NCBI GenBank assembly: GCA_973895155.1
Contig: OZ316895.1
Coordinates: 3,335,659 to 3,399,658 of the forward strand
Direction: 5' to 3'
Source of the DNA: Marsupella aquatica
Lineage: Eukaryota; Plantae; Marchantiophyta
Length of the DNA stretch: 64,000 nt
Shown here in pieces: positions 1 through 10,121 of this stretch. How positions within the stretch are numbered: the stretch's first letter is position 1; each line of letters begins with the position of its first letter. A program made the position numbers and the translations under genes. The notes under the pieces are model-generated. The model made no database searches, was not told where the DNA came from, and saw only the letters and a program-made list of their open reading frames with translations.

Positions 1-7
1 ATGCACA

Positions 8-430
8 TGATTATCATATTATTTGAAAGTTAATAAAATTTAAAAAAATATGATTATCATATTATTTGAAAGTTAATAAAATTTAAAAAAATTATCATTT
101 TAATAATTATATATAATATATCATTCTTTTTTATGTCCATATTATTCTTTTTTATACATATCTATATAAGTTTTTCACATACACATGATAACCATAGAGT
201 TACAGCCTAGAGGCTTCACTCTAGACCTAGGCTCTTCATAGTAGACTTCAATTGACGTCTTTATAATAAAATAATATACTATTCTTCTCTATGTGCATAT
301 ATATATATTTTTTGCATATCTATATGAGTTTTTCAGATACACAAGATGACCATAGAATTACAACCTAGAGACTTCACTTTAGGCCTAGGCTCGTTACAAT
401 AGATTTCAGTTAGCTTTTTTATAGTAAGAT
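8..430. repeat. AT-rich tandem repeats (43-bp unit x2, then a diverged ~170-bp unit x2), probably a transposon remnant
   Basis: tgattatcatattatttgaaagttaataaaatttaaaaaaat occurs at 8 and 51. The block ...accatagagttacagcctagaggcttcactctagacctaggctc... at ~190 recurs, diverged, at ~350. Confidence 0.7.
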
Positions 431-1409
431 TCTGTATGGAAAAAAGGTTACTTATGGGAATAGCAACTTCCTCCAGAAATGTTTACCCCGATGTTTACAT
501 GCACGTAACATTCCTGACAGAATCTGCACTCACGGGCTTTCGTTTAAACTGGAGAATACCGTGCAAGTCCTTGCCTTGCCCCAAACATGTTTGCTTTTGC
601 AAATCTTGTTCTTGATTTCCCCAAAATGGGTACATTTGCAAATGGTTTCCTACAGCTGGAAAGAGTTTCCTACAGCTGGAAAGAGTAATCTTCTTCACGT
701 GGATACAGAGCCTGAGATCAACGACATTGCGTGCAACGCGATATCCCGTGCAGGGATACACTTCACGTAGGTTAAAATCATTGATTGATCCGAGGGATAT
801 TTTCTACCAAGGCGGACGAAGTATCTCAAGGGAGCGATCCAAAGCTTCAACGCAAGTTCTGTTAATTTACTGACCCGACGGATTCTCTCCAAAGTCGGAT
901 CGGACGATATATCTCAAGGGAGCGATCCAAAGCTTCAGCAAGTATGATCGATCAGTTCACACAAACCGTACCTTAAATCGAGAAAGCAAACAAGTCTCGT
1001 GCAAGATCATCATTCAATTCAGTAGGTAGCAGGAGTACCACAACCGAGCTTCTGAGCGGCGCGGACATTCAAGAAGGTATCAACGTACAAACGGTTCTCG
1101 AATCATCTACTGAATTCACCTTTTAATAGGAAATGTGGAGATAAAATGTGATCCAAGGACATGTATATTACACCATAATTGGCGGGTTGCAACAGCTTTC
1201 TTACACCACAGCTCAAACATGGCCAAAAATCTTTAAATATATGACGAACTTCGACAGCTAACGGGGCAGCTAAAAACTACATCGGGCACCAGCTCTACTC
1301 GTGAAATATCCCAGCGGATACAACGCAGACTTCTTCAGCTTACAGAAGAAGCTATCAGAAGTTTGAGCTCTAAAGACCACTGCCGCGTACATCGATTACC
1401 AGACAAGGA

Positions 1410-2714
1410 TTACGTGCAAGCATTTCCCGCAGAAATGGACTCCACATTCACGGTCTCGAACACGAGGGCTTGCTTCGCCGCAGCCTCCTTGCTAACCAAA
1501 GCAGCGGTGAACTCCTCGATAACCAAAATCGGGGATAGTGGGAATTTTCCCCTGCCGTAAGAGTTCAGAAGGGACGTGCAAGCGGATCTCACTAGCATTT
1601 TGTATGGGTCAGAGCTATACTCCAACAACGCCTCCAAAACGGTCGTTTGTCCATAAACCGCTGCAGCCTTTGTTCCAAAAACGCTAGAAACAGTCGCTGT
1701 GATTTTCACGAAGGCTGGCCACGAACCGGTATGCTCAGCCCAGTACGCTGTTCTGCATCCATCTCCATTTCCCACATAAGGCGTTCCGCTGCCTGGGTAT
1801 GGAAGAGTTTGGAAGTTACCCGTGTAGCTGCTATATGTCAATGGCTTAAACTGCCCGGTGCTGCCAGTGGTCTTCGGAGCGTTCTGCTCGTAGTAGCCAT
1901 AAGGGTATCTCTCACCAGTGGTCTTCGGAGCGTTCTGCCCGTAGTAGCCATAAGGGTATCTCTCACCAGGCACATCAGTCCCGGCTGTCGTGTCCTGAGA
2001 TGCCAAGCTCATGAAAGGTTTGCTACCCGCAGTTTTCTTCGGAGAGTTGGAACCGTAGTAGCCATATTTGTATCGGCCTTGATCAGGGTCGAACGTCTCT
2101 GGGTCGGGCGCAGTCTGACTTCCAGGTAGGTGATTTTGGTGTGTCGTCGGGTCGGCGCTGTAGCCATAGTAATAACCAGCAGAATAACGGCTGTGAGTGC
2201 CGTCCACAGTGCTTTGCGACTCCGTGTACGAAGTCTGAGATTTGACAACGTCGAGAGTGTCACCCTTTGAGTAGTTGTTAATCGCCTCGTCATAGTACCC
2301 ATGCTCGTACCGCCCCTTTGACGGATTGTCCTTGGGATCAACGCCCGTGCCTTCGACAGTTTCATACGTCTCCGTCGTCGAGTTCCACACATGAGTTTGG
2401 CCGGGGTAATGACCGAAAGGGTACCGCATGTTCGGACCTGTATCCGTCTCATTGACGGTTTCATAGCTTTCTGTCGTCGCATTCCACAGATGCTTTTGGC
2501 CCGGATAATGGCCAAGAGGATACCGCATGTTAGGGTCGTCGGTCTGTTCCTCAGTACCTGTCTTCTCATCCTTTGGAGGGATGACATCGGCAGCAGTATC
2601 GTTCCAGTCGTAGTAAGTCGCCGCCGAGAAATCCGTATGCGTCCTCCCTTCAGCAGATAATGCTAAAGCTGCTAGGCAGACGACCAACAGCGCGAATACA
2701 ATCGCCCTCCCCAT
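1410..2714 (-). CDS. Secreted Tyr/Gly/Thr-rich repeat protein with a Protodermal factor 1 (PDF1)-like C-terminal domain
   Basis: Intronless 434-aa ORF with a signal peptide (MGRAIVFALLVVCLAALALSAEG) and seven RYxxG[HY]Y motifs. The C-terminus (C..YW..H...W...TV...FG...LEAL...D.Y..L.R....SLLNS....KFPL....V...F..AL.S..AA.KQA..F...N) matches the PDF1 family pattern as recalled. Confidence 0.85.
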   Translation of the reverse strand: MGRAIVFALLVVCLAALALSAEGRTHTDFSAATYYDWNDTAADVIPPKDEKTGTEEQTDDPNMRYPLGHYPGQKHLWNATTESYETVNETDTGPNMRYPFGHYPGQTHVWNSTTETYETVEGTGVDPKDNPSKGRYEHGYYDEAINNYSKGDTLDVVKSQTSYTESQSTVDGTHSRYSAGYYYGYSADPTTHQNHLPGSQTAPDPETFDPDQGRYKYGYYGSNSPKKTAGSKPFMSLASQDTTAGTDVPGERYPYGYYGQNAPKTTGERYPYGYYEQNAPKTTGSTGQFKPLTYSSYTGNFQTLPYPGSGTPYVGNGDGCRTAYWAEHTGSWPAFVKITATVSSVFGTKAAAVYGQTTVLEALLEYSSDPYKMLVRSACTSLLNSYGRGKFPLSPILVIEEFTAALVSKEAAAKQALVFETVNVESISAGNACT

Positions 2715-2844
2715 TGTTCCAGCTTCTCCTGCCCAACCTGCGTTACTGCGTAAATACTTCCTCCTCCGCTTCCTGCCCTCTCCCTCGCTCGCTCACCGCT
2801 GCAAATCCACGCGCTTCTAGGCAGCAAGTCCGTCTAGCTTCCAA

Positions 2845-2852
2845 TGTATATA
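2845..2852 (-). promoter_or_regulatory. Putative TATA box of the PDF1-like gene
   Basis: ctatatac on the minus strand about 135 bp upstream of the ATG, followed by a purine-rich 5' UTR-like tract. Confidence 0.4.
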
Positions 2853-3792
2853 GCCATTGCAACATTGAGGCTGCTATGGCAGCTTGACTGTTCTGAACCA
2901 CGCAGGGCGATGTCTCGATCAGACACTCTGGACAACTCATCTCCCCTATTTTGAACAGATCCAACCGGAGCTCCTCGGGTTCCAGTCCGCAGTTCTCGCG
3001 AATAGAGGCGCGCGCTGAACCCAGCCAGCTTGCCTGCGTATAATCAAAGCCTATTTCTCAAGTTGAGTCAGTTCCGGCATGTCTTCTTCACACAACCCAA
3101 AGCGGCCGCCCCGAAAGTAAGCTGGAACGTGAGGGATTTCAATGCCGAAGAATGTGGAGGCTGCTCCACGGCGAGCCGCATCAGAACCCGCCGATGGGGT
3201 CACTCGAGAGGATCCCCCCGCCTCTGGTGGGGCACTTGTGCTTTCTTTGTCGTAAACTACAGAAATGCACTTTTTACGGAGACTTTGGTGCAGCTTTTTC
3301 CCATTTCTTTGCTATCTGTCCCTACTCTACTTTCTGAGGTCCACGCATCAACGTGGGCGACCTTCTGCCACTGAAATCACGGAGTGGGGGGAGAAGGACC
3401 TCGGCTGCGGCTCGAGGCATAGTCGCATGGGTGAGCCGTATCTGCCGAGCTGCGGTGAACCCAAGATGGGAAGCATGTCGATCAGAGAGTTGTCTTGCTC
3501 TCCGCCAGTGGAATTTTCTTTTCTTGCGTTTCTCACTTTCTCAAGTCTGACATTTGGATGGAATTGGAAATCTGGGTTTGACGACATTATTGTTGACAGC
3601 GCCGATCTGCAGCTTTTGTTGCCCTTCGACCGGATGTGCTTCTGTAGCTAATTCATAATTTAAGTTGGACGCACATGGGGAAATTGTTCGGTGGTATTTT
3701 GAGGGCCGCATATAGTGGGCCGGTCTCGTTTGGAAATTCTAAGCAAGTGGTCTCTTAATAAGTAAGAGTTTGAAGCATTCTGGCAGTGATAC

Positions 3793-3945
3793 AAGTGGAC
3801 CTGTTCCCAAAGGTAGCTTCCAAATCTAAGAGGGCTTGATCTGCCACACAACAATTTATCAGAACCTGTTCCTACTATCCAACCATCTTCTTAAATCCTG
3901 ACATCTTTGCTGGCAATGCGGTACTTGTGGACTTCCCTTAGCTCC
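3793..3945 (+). pseudogene. Degenerate plant LRR (LRR-RLK/RLP ectodomain end) fragment
   Basis: Translates, with a stop and frameshifts, as SGPVP.. LPNLRGLDLPHNNLSEPVP ... FAGNAVL(c)GLPL. This is the plant LxxLDLxxNxLSGxIP repeat followed by the FxGNxxLCGxPL cap. Confidence 0.65.
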
Positions 3946-3992
3946 CCACAGATATAATTTGATGGACCCATAATTTGGGAGTGTTATTTGAC

Positions 3993-4274
3993 GAGAGGTT
4001 TTCTTGGTGGGATACCAAACTGAAAAATGTTACTTGATCAGACCCCTGACTGATCCAAACCAGTTGATTGACCTTGAATCAACTTACCCAAAATTTCAAG
4101 AGTCATATCAAGTAACACCTTTCTTTTTGGGGTCCATCAAGTAAATGCCTAGTAATTTGATGAACCCCATGAGGTTTTGGGTACTCTGATGTAAAGGTTA
4201 TCAAAGGTCTGGATCACTCATGAAGTCCATGAAAGAACACTCTTCATTTTGGGGGTGCATCAAGTACATCTCTC
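3993..4274. mobile_element. MITE-like element, copy 1
   Basis: Imperfect ~46-bp inverted termini: gagaggttttcttggtgg...tgttacttgat versus the reverse complement of the right end, gagagatgtacttgatgc...tgttctttcat. Related sequence lies at 44916-45094 and ~63785-63863. Confidence 0.5.
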
Positions 4275-6502
4275 CTTGACCCCAATTGCCTCCTCCTTGA
4301 GGTTATGCTCGCCTTCCCAAGTGGTTTCTCAAGTATGGCAGGCAGGTGTACGTGGCTGGGGCAGCATTTTTTGTAGAGGCTAAAATTGGCCAAAGTCCGG
4401 CTCACTTGTAAGTCTTCTCCAGTTTTTTCTGCCTTCTATGAGCCAGTTTTATCCTTACATCCAGGGAGGTATATGGTGAAAACATAATTCAGGACAATTA
4501 AATAAAGAATATTCTCAGCATCTTCACTGTACCCAAGGTGACATTCACCACCCTGGCTAGCAAAATAGCGAAAAAGAGGAAGACCTTAAAAATTACCCTG
4601 GTGGGCGCTGTTGCTCATAACCCAAGGAGGTCTAATAATAGCTATGGGAAGTTGTTTGGCGGCAACCTGGCAATCGAGAGTGTACCAGACAAGGGACCAA
4701 CAAGGATGCAAACTGATAAACAGAGTATTGGGGAGGGATTTGGTAGCACTAATATCACCTTGGAAGATAAAGAGAGCCCTTTCCAGAGAGTGGAAGGATG
4801 CTTTGAGACAGTATACCCAGGCAAACTCAATCATGGATGCATGACAAGATTTGGGGCATAGTTGGGGTTAGGCCAAAACAAGACTAATGAAGACCTAGTT
4901 GTGATGTTGTACTTAATAAAAACAAATTGATTGGTCATGTGGGAAGTCATCAAGAAGCTTAGTACATGCAAACCTGCATTAAACATATATAGATGGCATC
5001 GAGGAGAGTTTGAGCCCTAATCACATAAGGAGGAGTGACCGAAAAAGCAATGCTCAAATCAACCATTCGATTAATTATTTAGTTTTACAATGTGGTGCCA
5101 AAGGGGTTCTAACTATGTACATTTCTATTGATTTGTTTTTTCAAACTTGCAAACAATTAAAAAATATAAGCATTTTGATATAAAATACTGACATGTCTTT
5201 GACAAACATCAGAATGGTAATTTTATTTTACTAAATGACATCTCTTCCTTTGTATTTTGTTTTTTTACGTTTAATATTTACGGCATGGCGCCCCAAAAGT
5301 TACATTGTTTTTGCCACAAATATGAATGTGCACGTTTGTCATTGTTAAAGTAGGATGATTTTTGTTTGTGGCTGGTTGTGATGATGTGGCGCAACCTTGT
5401 GGCAGGGAATTTGCAAGAGACCTCTCATGGGGGTCCGTAATTAGTGTAACCCTTGCTGTATCGGCTGGTAAGTATTGATCATGCCCAAACTACACACTCA
5501 GAGAGTTTTTGACAAAAGTGAAACATCATTCTCAAAAGTGACATGTCATTCATTGCTCATGCCCACTCTACACAGGGTATCGTTCACAAAAGGAAAGCAT
5601 GTGTTAGGAGTTGGTTTAAATATTTGACTATTTGCTTATGGGCAATGGAGCAAGTGATCTCAGAGAAATCTCAAACTTTGTCAAGTAATAGACTTGACAT
5701 TGAAACTCATGCTGAAAAAAATTTGAGCTTAAGCACAGATCCAAAAGCTGTCCACATAAATGCACAGTCACTTAGTCTGCCAAAAATTAGGAGTTTATAG
5801 TTGGTTGGGGTGTCTGCCTGGGAAAGCTACTTGTTCTCAAAAGTAAAATATCATTCCAAAAGCAGCTGGTCACTTTTATTTTCTGATGTAAACTGGCTGA
5901 TGACTTTCCGCAGTTCATGGGGATACGAGGACCGGACTTATATTCCCTTTGCCACCAAGAACCATATAGCATAACTCCAACATAGATGATTGAAATAATG
6001 CTTGTAGACTTTTATTTGTGTTCTTGTTTGTGTTACACCTTTTGGTAATTATCTCTAAGGTTACACAACAATATTGCTTTTCTCCTTCTTGAAAGAAGAA
6101 GCACTCCCAAGAATACTTGAAAACTACTTGTAAGTAATTTTTCACTAAAGATGTTCTCTTGACAATACTGTCACTATTTTGTTTATTGTATTTATATGGA
6201 TGACAAGTTCACCTATGTAAGCAAGCGAACTATATACAAAAACCGTGACATATTTGTAAATACAACAAAAATAGTTTCATTATTGTAAATTCAAGGCAAT
6301 TTACTTAGAAGTTGTACTTGAAAATAAAAAGTGGAAGCACTCCCGAGAATACTTAAAAATGCCATTAAATTAAGTTTAGCTTTCCATTCACCTTCTCTCC
6401 CACCCTTAAGACTTGTGCTCCCGCTTGTGCTTGCAAAGGGGGGCAGAAAACAGAAGTGTAGAAAAAAAGTGCCTCACCCCAGACAATTTGTACAATGGGC
6501 GA

Positions 6503-7211
6503 AGGTAGTGGGAAGGGTGTGAATGTAAGGTGGCCTTTCCTTCCCTTTTAGGAGAAAGGCAATTGTGCACAATTATGAAACTGCTATATGGTGAATCCAT
6601 CTTCCAGTATTTTTTCGTATTCAAACTTCTTTTCTTGTGTCTTTTAATTCAATGTGTCTTACCAAAGTGCATCCCTTATATACTTTAGATTTTGAATTTA
6701 ATCTGGCACCCCTCTAAATTTTTCAATCTTTGATATACTTTTGATCATCCACCTTTTAACAAAGGTCACGGAAGTTCTAGCCCTTAGTGAAGAAGAAATG
6801 ATCTAATTAAAGTGCACTGTTCATTTCTTTAAGTTCTACTTATGGTTTTGTGTCCTAAATTTATGGTTTTAATTCATTTGAGTGTCATGGCCTAAGATAA
6901 GTACATAAGTATCTTTACTGGTGTATAGTATGTGCAGAACCCAATATCATAGACTTAAATTTTTCCTGTTCATTATTACTTTTCTTTACATGTGTATTTT
7001 TATTCTTGTATCTTATGTGCATAACTTTTCAATATCACGTTTTCTAATCAATGTCCTATTTATATTTGCCATAAAAAAATTGATCACTTGTATTTCACTA
7101 AAAAACTTAAACTTTTTGCTAGAGAACAAAATAACTTTTCATGCTCCACTATGAGGTAATGGGAAGGGTGTGAATGTAAGGTGGCCTTTCCTTCCCTTTT
7201 AGGAGAAAGGC
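6503..7211. repeat. 58-bp direct repeat pair (6503-6560 and 7154-7211) ending in a small hairpin
   Basis: aggta[g/a]tgggaagggtgtgaatgtaaggtggcctttccttcccttttaggagaaaggc occurs twice with one mismatch. Confidence 0.85.
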
Positions 7212-7567
7212 GACAGTGCACCGAAATGAATTCTAAGACAACCGCAGCAAAAACAAGCGGGAGCCAGAAAACAAAATCCAAGGGGCAAAAGCAGATTAAC
7301 AATGAGATGCTGCACAGCGAAGTGCTGGTCAAACAAAGCCATTTGCTGATGGGCAAGTGATAAATGCGCTCACATCTACTGACTCATGTGTGGATGGTTC
7401 AGGTGCCATGCAGGACTGGGCAAGGGTACCAATTCGGTCAGGCAGGGGGACCAAGTGATATTCTTCCAAGTGTTCTGCAAGTACCAGATTGAGGAGTATG
7501 CATAGATTGGACGAAGGGAGTATGCTTTTGCATCCATTCCCTAGAGAGGCTAGAGAGCACCACCGTC

Positions 7568-7790
7568 TAAATCTACGCTGAGTTATGTTCTCCAGCTTTC
7601 CAGGCATATCGTAGGCTGCCCGTTGCAGTTTTCAATGCATCCTGCCCGTTCCCGCTTACGGATGCGGTTTTGTGTTCTGCCACTACATAGACGTCGGTTT
7701 TAATTTCTGTTCCTGTTCAACTTATTAACTGCAATGGGCAGCGTACTATATACCTGGAGAGCTAGAGAACATTAACTCAGCCTAGATTTA
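7568..7790. repeat. Long inverted repeat / fold-back (MITE or hairpin RNA)
   Basis: Arms 7568-7630 and 7727-7790 are reverse complements with about seven substitutions and one indel; the loop is about 96 nt. Confidence 0.8.
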
Positions 7791-8260
7791 ATGCACGGTA
7801 GAGCACTCGGTCCCCTGTACGGTGAGTGCACAGTTCTTATTGGCTGTCTCAAGTGAATTATTTAAAAGCATTTTTGGTACCCTCTATAGTGCAATAACGA
7901 GCCCATGTGAATACTACAGTAGGAGTTATGTAATCCTCAACTCTGGTCTATAGAACCAGCTCTGATAGCATCTTCCAGTCCCATTGTTTTCATCCCCTAA
8001 GTCTTGTCTCTCTCTAAGTGCACACTCCCTTCTTTACATAGAGTTTGCACTTTTTTGCATGTTTTCTAAGTCAAGATTGGTCTGAAATTTCCACTGAACA
8101 AAAATTTGAAGGTCCAAAACCCTTGATAACTGTACATGGAAACTTATCAGTAAGTGCACAATCCCACCAAATTTTACTTAGTGAGTTAGTCCATGGCATA
8201 TTTTAGTAGAGTCCAAATTGTACTTATGGGGTGGGGAACTTGGACCACTTATGGGGAAAT

Positions 8261-8520
8261 TGCTGAGCAGCGTTCACAGGCTGGGTGGTTTTTTCGCTAG
8301 CGCTTAAGTTTTAGGAGATTCAAAAATTCCGAAGGAGTCCTCTGAAGCATTTTGGCTACAAGCCATCATTTGTCGTGGAATGAGTTATTCAGAGAAAGCC
8401 ACGCTAAACTATCCGCGATGTGCCATTTGGTAGGAAGAGGCTATCATTGTTTCCGCAATGAATTCTATTGGAAGAATTTCCGCGGATCTAAATCGCCAGC
8501 GCTCATCGGCATTTGTTTCC
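8261..8520 (+). repeat. Diverged copy of intron 1 of the neighbouring helicase gene (13696-13984)
   Basis: Collinear shared blocks: agcagcgttca, gagattcaaaaattccgaaggagt.ctctgaagcatttt, cgatgtgccatttgg, tgaatt.t.ttggaag, ggatc.a.at.gcc.g.gctca. Confidence 0.85.
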
Positions 8521-8791
8521 TGTGCACGTGAGGTTAGAAGTTCCTGCAATCGATCTACACAATTGTTCGTTCTTTAACAATTCTCTGAAACAAGTCTAAC
8601 CTTCCTTCACATTTCTTGTCCTCTGTATAAGTTAGCAATCCTGATCTCAGGCCCAATCTCTATCCTCGTGTCAAAGAATATTACTCTTCTCCAGCTGTAC
8701 GAAAGCCGGGACAAAAGCAATTCTGTGGGGAGCAGAGTATCGACTACACTGAGCCGAGCTGATCTGATTTTGAGCTGAGCAGAATTCGGGA

Positions 8792-9918
8792 ATGCCTACT
8801 GACGAAGCCGAAGTGGTAACACATGCACAGCAATTGCTCGACTTCGACTGGAAACTCAAGGTACGATTGCTTTCATTGCTCGGGTTTATTTACTTACGAA
8901 CAAAGATGGAGAATGGTGATCGGAAGAGGTGACATGGAAACAATGTGTTTGCCTGAAATTCCCCTTTGCAAGGTTTGAACAGAGCGAGAGTCTCATTAAT
9001 CTCATGGAAATTCGAGCACAGACATTAGGGTTTGAACTGTAAACGAAATTTGTACATGTTGAATCAATCAATTTTGCAAGATCAGTTAGCATATACAGTC
9101 CAACTTGTGGGTGGCCTCAACAAAGTGAGATTACTAGCGCTTTCGTCGAATGCTGACTAAAGAGATTGGGGTTTTGAGCTCTCTGGTAAATTCTTGTAGT
9201 GATTGAATGAATAACGTAACGGCAGCATGACTGGAATGGATGAATTAATGAAGGAAGGAATGAAAAGGAGAAAAAAAATGACTCATGTAGTCTGCAGATA
9301 CTTGAGCAAGGGCATCACAGACAGATAGTTCATCACGGGCAAAGGCCATCGACGAAGTGTGTAAGCAAATAGGTTTGTATGATCCTGATCGATTTCTTGG
9401 TTGCGTGATGTGGCAGCATGTCGTGAGTGGCGCATTACTGGCGTCAGTAAATCGACCGCTCTTGAGACTGGAGCTGGCAGTAACCACGCCGGCTGTGAAG
9501 GTGGAAAGCGTCCCATATTTCAGGAGAGAAAGCGTCGAAGAGAAGGCTCAAATCGCTGTTGCTGAGTATAGCAAGACTGAACTTGATAAACTAATCTCCG
9601 AGATGGAGGCCATCTCCCAGGTAAAATTTCCAATTGCAAGGATGAAGCAATGCCATTTCCCCTTACTACGACAACAGTTCATATCCTTCTACCTGGAAAA
9701 TCTTTCAAACCCTCCGGCTAGTACATCAAGACGTGGTTAGAATTGGCAAATTGCTTCCTGGGAATACCATGTGCTCAAGTCAAGTAGACACACAGGATTC
9801 TTTGTATGTTATTTATGCGGTCAGCTATTCGTTGTCTCTACGCAGATATCTGTTGATGTTCTACCTAACTCTACATTTGTGATCGCAGGCGTTGGAGAGC
9901 ACTTCAATCAGCGACTGA
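8792..9918 (+). CDS. COMM domain-containing protein (COMMD8-like sequence, COMM domain only, ~100 aa); exons 8792-8860, 9417-9620, 9889-9918
   Basis: GT-AG splicing gives MPTDEAEVVTHAQQLLDFDWKLK|HVVSGALLASVNRPLLRLELAV...AEYSKTELDKLISEMEAISQ|ALESTSISD*. The L.DFDW motif, the conserved P in PLL.L.L and the E.S..EL..LI..xE helix are COMM hallmarks. Confidence 0.75.
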
Positions 9919-9931
9919 TATTGTTCTTGAG

Positions 9932-10121
9932 TGTTCGTTGAATCTGCCACAGATGAGTTTCAACCACCAGTTTGTCAGTAGGCTTGAGTATTGAAACAGT
10001 CAAACGAAAGGCATTGGAAGCAGCACTCATATGGTCCTGTTTGTTGAATCTGCCATGGAAAAGTTCCAACAACCAGTTCTTCACTCGGCTTGAGTATTGA
10101 AACGGTCAAACCAAGGAACAT
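9932..10121. repeat. Diverged tandem duplication (~106-bp period) just after the COMMD stop codon
   Basis: gttgaatctgcca...ggcttgagtattgaaac.gtcaaac occurs at ~9937 and ~10043. Confidence 0.75.

Noticed and set aside
645-945. Short duplications (tttcctacagctggaaagag x2; atctcaagggagcgatccaaagcttca x2) as a CRISPR-like array
   Set aside because: Only two copies each, in a eukaryotic context, with no spacer array.
1647-2660. Overlapping ORFs (160, 192 and 89 aa) on other frames of the PDF1-like gene
   Set aside because: Shadows of a repetitive coding region with no recognisable motifs.
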